A DNA stretch of 32,000 nt, taken from contig NZ_CP013213.1 of the NCBI RefSeq assembly GCF_001545095.1, positions 2,280,001 to 2,312,000 on the forward strand, read 5' to 3'. The stretch is from Erysipelothrix larvae. Its GTDB lineage: Bacteria > Bacillota_I > Bacilli_A > Erysipelotrichales > Erysipelotrichaceae. The translations under genes were made by a program, and so were the position numbers. This document shows, piece after piece, positions 28,563-32,000 of the stretch. Positions within the stretch are counted from its first letter, which is position 1; every line of letters starts with the position of its first letter. The notes under the pieces are model-generated. The model searched no databases. It worked only from the letters and a program-made list of their open reading frames with translations, and was not told the DNA's origin.

Positions 28563-28627
28563 AAAAACCAAATTGTATGGTCTGCCTTCCTTCTTAAAGG
28601 AATCAGCAACCATCAATTTGGTTTTTT
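28563..28627 (-). terminator. Long-stem intrinsic terminator after the S9 peptidase gene
   Basis: Stems AAAAACCAAATTG / CAATTTGGTTTTT, ATGGT / ACCAT and TTCCTT-ctta-AAGGAA nest into one ~65-nt hairpin. On the minus strand it is followed by TTTTTCTTATTT. Confidence 0.75.
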
Positions 28628-28630
28628 ATC

Positions 28631-30601
28631 TTACTTAAGGTATTTATTCATCCAACTTGTGATTTCTTCAAGTCGTTTAATACGTGATTTCGGACGGCCT
28701 CCTCGAGATAGTCCATGGCTCTCATTTTTGAACCACACAAAGCGTGTATCTACCCCTTGTTTTTTCACAACAGTGTATAACTGAAGTCCTTGTTCAATTG
28801 GACAACGGAAGTCTTCATCGCTGTGAATAAAGAGCAATGGTGTCGTGATATTACGTGCATGTTTTAGTGGTGATTGCTCCCATGCTTTTTCCATATCATC
28901 AATTGGATCAGCCGCAGTTTGATCGGGTTGGAAATAGTACCCAATGTCTGAAGTGCCATAGAACGATATCCAGTTTGAAATACTGCGTTGTGTCGCTGCA
29001 GCAGCAAATCTGTTTGTATGAGATACAATCCAGTTTGTCATGAACCCACCATATGATCCACCAGTCACACCAACACGTTTTGGATCAATTGGATACGCGT
29101 CGAGTACAATGTCGGTAAATTTCATGATGTCATCATAGTCAATGGTTCCATATTTTCCTCGGATATCCATAAACTCATTCCCATAAGCATCACCACCCCG
29201 TGGATTTGTGAAGAATACAACATATCCTTCGTTAGCCCAAACTTGCATCTCGTGGTAATAGACATCATTGTAAATCGTCTTTGGTCCACCATGGATATCT
29301 AGGATTGCTGGATAGGTTTTGGATGGATTGTAGTCTTTAGGTAAGAGGACCCAACCATCAAGTGTTACACCATCATTCTCAAACTCATGATGAATTGGTG
29401 TTGCGACATATTTATCACTCATGATTTCTTTATTGAATGATGAACGTCGTGTCACACTGTTATCTTCATTTAATGTCACAAGTTCTTGAAGGTCTTGACC
29501 AAATAGTCCAATCGCATAAACACGGTTTTCAAAGCTTACCCAACCATCAATAGAACCCTGTGGCGCATATTCTGTCTTCAATGAATGTGAATCAAAAGTA
29601 TAAAGCATTGTACGATCGTGGTAGGTACCAACAAATGAAAGACCATTATCCCCAACACGGTAGGTACGGCTACCTCCTAGACGAGCATCACTTCCTACTG
29701 AATTTCCGCCAGAAAGTCCAAAGTCATAGGATTTATCAAGACTTCCGTCTCGAAGAATGTATATATCTTTATTCGTATTGATGCCAAAGGTATCGTGTGT
29801 TGCAGCCATTGCGTAAACAGCACCGTATTGCTCCCATAGGTAGCTAATTGCTAAATTATCATTCTCAAACAGTTTATCCAGTTTGTCATAACGAACATCA
29901 TAAACATACCCATCTTGGAAGAATGAACCCACTCCGGTTTCTTTTTTTGCTGTTAAGTATAGCTTATGATAGTCTCGTTGGAAGTTTTGTACACCAACAG
30001 AAACATCTTTATCAAAGAGTCGTTTAAGTTCCTTGGTTTGTGGATTATAGCGGAACGCTTGAACATTCTTACCACGGGAGAATGTACCACCATCTGAGTA
30101 AAATGGAATTTCTTCAAATATTTCGACATACTCACGCTCTTCTTTTGTAGCATTGATGTAATCATCACGATTCGCTGGATCTTCATAGATTCCATGCTCA
30201 TTTTCATTTAATGCACTAAATACGATCCATGTTGATTTGTCTTCAACAAATATATTTGATACTGGAAGATATAATGTTGTCGCATATTCAAATGTCTTCG
30301 AATTTAAGTCATAGCGATACAACACAGTCTTTGATTCGCTAACTGCTTTCTTTTCATCTTCTGTTTTCGCATAGGGTACAAGAATCGAAGTTTCAGATTC
30401 CCAATAATATTGGCTACTTTTCCCAATGTCTACCGCTTTTGAATGGTTAACACCATCACTGAACATTAGGGTATGAGTATAGGTGTTCTCTTTCAAGTCT
30501 GGTTTTGATACAACAAAAGCCATTTTCGAAAATAGCGGACTTGTTGTGAGATTTGAAAGGTATTTAAACTGATTCATATCTTGAATTGTAATTTTATTCA
30601 T
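28631..30601 (-). CDS. S9 family serine peptidase (prolyl oligopeptidase / acylaminoacyl-peptidase-like; beta-propeller plus alpha/beta hydrolase)
   Basis: The C-terminal catalytic domain has GVTGGSYGGFM (Ser), LFIHSDEDFRCP (Asp) and NESHGLSR (His). The N-terminal ~400 aa are propeller-like. Confidence 0.88.
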   Translation of the reverse strand: MNKITIQDMNQFKYLSNLTTSPLFSKMAFVVSKPDLKENTYTHTLMFSDGVNHSKAVDIGKSSQYYWESETSILVPYAKTEDEKKAVSESKTVLYRYDLNSKTFEYATTLYLPVSNIFVEDKSTWIVFSALNENEHGIYEDPANRDDYINATKEEREYVEIFEEIPFYSDGGTFSRGKNVQAFRYNPQTKELKRLFDKDVSVGVQNFQRDYHKLYLTAKKETGVGSFFQDGYVYDVRYDKLDKLFENDNLAISYLWEQYGAVYAMAATHDTFGINTNKDIYILRDGSLDKSYDFGLSGGNSVGSDARLGGSRTYRVGDNGLSFVGTYHDRTMLYTFDSHSLKTEYAPQGSIDGWVSFENRVYAIGLFGQDLQELVTLNEDNSVTRRSSFNKEIMSDKYVATPIHHEFENDGVTLDGWVLLPKDYNPSKTYPAILDIHGGPKTIYNDVYYHEMQVWANEGYVVFFTNPRGGDAYGNEFMDIRGKYGTIDYDDIMKFTDIVLDAYPIDPKRVGVTGGSYGGFMTNWIVSHTNRFAAAATQRSISNWISFYGTSDIGYYFQPDQTAADPIDDMEKAWEQSPLKHARNITTPLLFIHSDEDFRCPIEQGLQLYTVVKKQGVDTRFVWFKNESHGLSRGGRPKSRIKRLEEITSWMNKYLK

Positions 30602-30964
30602 ATTCTAAATACTCCTTTGCATATATTTTACCGTTTACATTTAAATAAACAAGGGAATTAGCATAAAATATTCGTTTTACTTAATTATTTCTGTAATCTC
30701 AATAATGAAAATTAATAATATTTTCATGCTACTCTCTAAAGAATTTGATTTTAACTTAATATATTAGCAAATCTCCTATCAACTTTTTTATTTAGTTGTA
30801 TATTTACTTCCTAACACTTCCATGTATAATAATCCAGCGTAATGAGTCAGTTAATAATCTAAAAAAATGGATATTTTAATTTAATATTAAAGTATAAGAA
30901 AAAATCAATTGACTTTAAGTAGTAGTCGTATGATATCGTTTAACTATAGGAAGGAGTATATATT

Positions 30965-31801
30965 ATGAGTATCTTAATTAAAATTAGGGAGTACGGTGGT
31001 TTATCACAAAGTGAATCAATGGTACAAAAATACATTTTACATAACACTAAGAAGTTTTTATCACAGAGCTGTAGGGATGTAGCGAAAGAAACATACACAT
31101 CTCCTTCAACTGTTACTCGTTTTTGTAAACGAATAGTTCCAGAAGGAATGCATGCGATGAAATTAAAGCTTGCTACAGAAGTTGAAAGTTACAAAAATAT
31201 CAACTTAGATATCCTTAACTCAACCATTATCCAGCCCAATGACTCGGTTCTTGATGTAACTGACAAGATTACGAAAATTTCTATTCAATCAATAGAAGAA
31301 ACTCGACTGCTCCTTAATGAAGCAGATTTAGTTGACGCAGCCAAAATGATAGTAGATGCTACTGCTGTTGATTTTTACGGTACAGGTGCATCGAATGTAG
31401 TTGCAATTGATGCTTCATATAAATTTATGAGAATAGGCAAAATCGCTCAATGTTACCAACTTGTTGATCGCCAATTAGTACAGTCATTGAACTCAAATCA
31501 AAACCATGTCGGTCTTATTTTTTCTTTCTCTGGTGAGACTAAAGAAATGATTGAGATTGCTAAAAATCTTCAAGAAAGTGGAACTCCATCTATAGCTATC
31601 GTCGGCTCAATCGGAAGTCAACTCCCTAAATATACGGATTTAGCCATATTTGTTAGTGCAAAAGAAACAACATTTCGTAGCGGAGCAATGGCATCAAGAA
31701 CTGCTCAACTATTCGTCGTGGATTTACTCTATGCAATAAGCAGTCTATATGATTATGATAAATCCCATTTAAATGTCGCAAAAACAAGAATATCGGTGTA
31801 A
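30965..31801 (+). CDS. RpiR/MurR-family transcriptional regulator (second copy)
   Basis: HTH_6 region (LSQSCRDVAKETYTSPSTVTRFCKR) plus a SIS domain (VDFYGTGASN, IFSFSGET). GGAAGGAG lies upstream. Confidence 0.88.
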   Translation: MSILIKIREYGGLSQSESMVQKYILHNTKKFLSQSCRDVAKETYTSPSTVTRFCKRIVPEGMHAMKLKLATEVESYKNINLDILNSTIIQPNDSVLDVTDKITKISIQSIEETRLLLNEADLVDAAKMIVDATAVDFYGTGASNVVAIDASYKFMRIGKIAQCYQLVDRQLVQSLNSNQNHVGLIFSFSGETKEMIEIAKNLQESGTPSIAIVGSIGSQLPKYTDLAIFVSAKETTFRSGAMASRTAQLFVVDLLYAISSLYDYDKSHLNVAKTRISV

Positions 31802-31896
31802 GCTGTTTCAACATTTGAAACAACGTTTCTCAATGTCCCAATATCATTGAAAATAGAAGTCAGTTGTTTACAATTGAATTAAGAAGGAGGACAAAC

Positions 31897-32000
31897 ATGA
31901 TTTCTTTATTAAGAATTGATGAACGACTAATCCACGGACAAGTTGCTTATTCTTGGACAAATACTTATAAAAGCCAAGCGTTAATGGTGATTACACTAAA
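31897..32000 (+). CDS. PTS mannose-family EIIB component (5' part, continues off the window)
   Basis: ATG at 31897, 6 nt after AAGGAGG. The translation MISLLRIDERLIHGQVAYSWTNTYKSQALMVITL contains the ERLIHGQV phospho-His motif. Confidence 0.8.
   Translation, partial: MISLLRIDERLIHGQVAYSWTNTYKSQALMVITL

Noticed and set aside
30705-30727. Perfect 8-bp inverted repeat ATGAAAAT-N7-ATTTTCAT in the peptidase/rpiR intergenic region
   Set aside because: It is almost pure A/T in a very AT-rich spacer, so chance occurrence is likely. It has no positional relation to a recognisable promoter.

Overview
Low-GC Bacillota-type chromosomal segment with standard genetic code and strong GGAGG-type ribosome-binding sites, dominated by carbohydrate PTS loci and envelope proteins. 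In window order: (1) a membrane-spanning MerR-family regulator and a cupin gene, each behind a promoter with a 19-bp spacer; (2) a DUF2207 lipoprotein and LemA, pulled apart by an opposite-strand two-gene cassette (glutathionylspermidine-synthase-like ATP-grasp ligase plus an unrecognisable 218-aa protein); (3) a decayed ISL3 element next to the tmRNA gene ssrA; (4) an orphan LytTR response regulator with Glu at the phospho-acceptor position; (5) a HEAT-like protein and an esterase; (6) a mannose-family PTS operon (IIC-IID-IIB-RpiR-MurQ-IIA) that probably continues into a TauE/SafE permease; (7) a second, intact ISL3 element with a perfect 8-bp target duplication; (8) an EEP-nuclease/phosphatase multidomain lipoprotein; (9) a cellobiose-type PTS (IIB-IIC-IIA) with a GH1 6-phospho-beta-glucosidase whose acid/base Glu is Gln, plus a divergent PRD-domain activator; (10) an LtaS/MdoB-like sulfatase-fold transferase and an S9 peptidase; (11) the start of another RpiR plus mannose-PTS locus. 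No CRISPR array, rRNA, tRNA, prophage or recognisable defence genes were found. The best candidates for undescribed biology are the ATP-grasp/unknown-partner cassette inside the DUF2207-LemA envelope module, the membrane-tethered MerR with its 19-bp-spacer promoters, and the acid/base-less GH1. All family calls come from motif recognition by eye; no database search was run.
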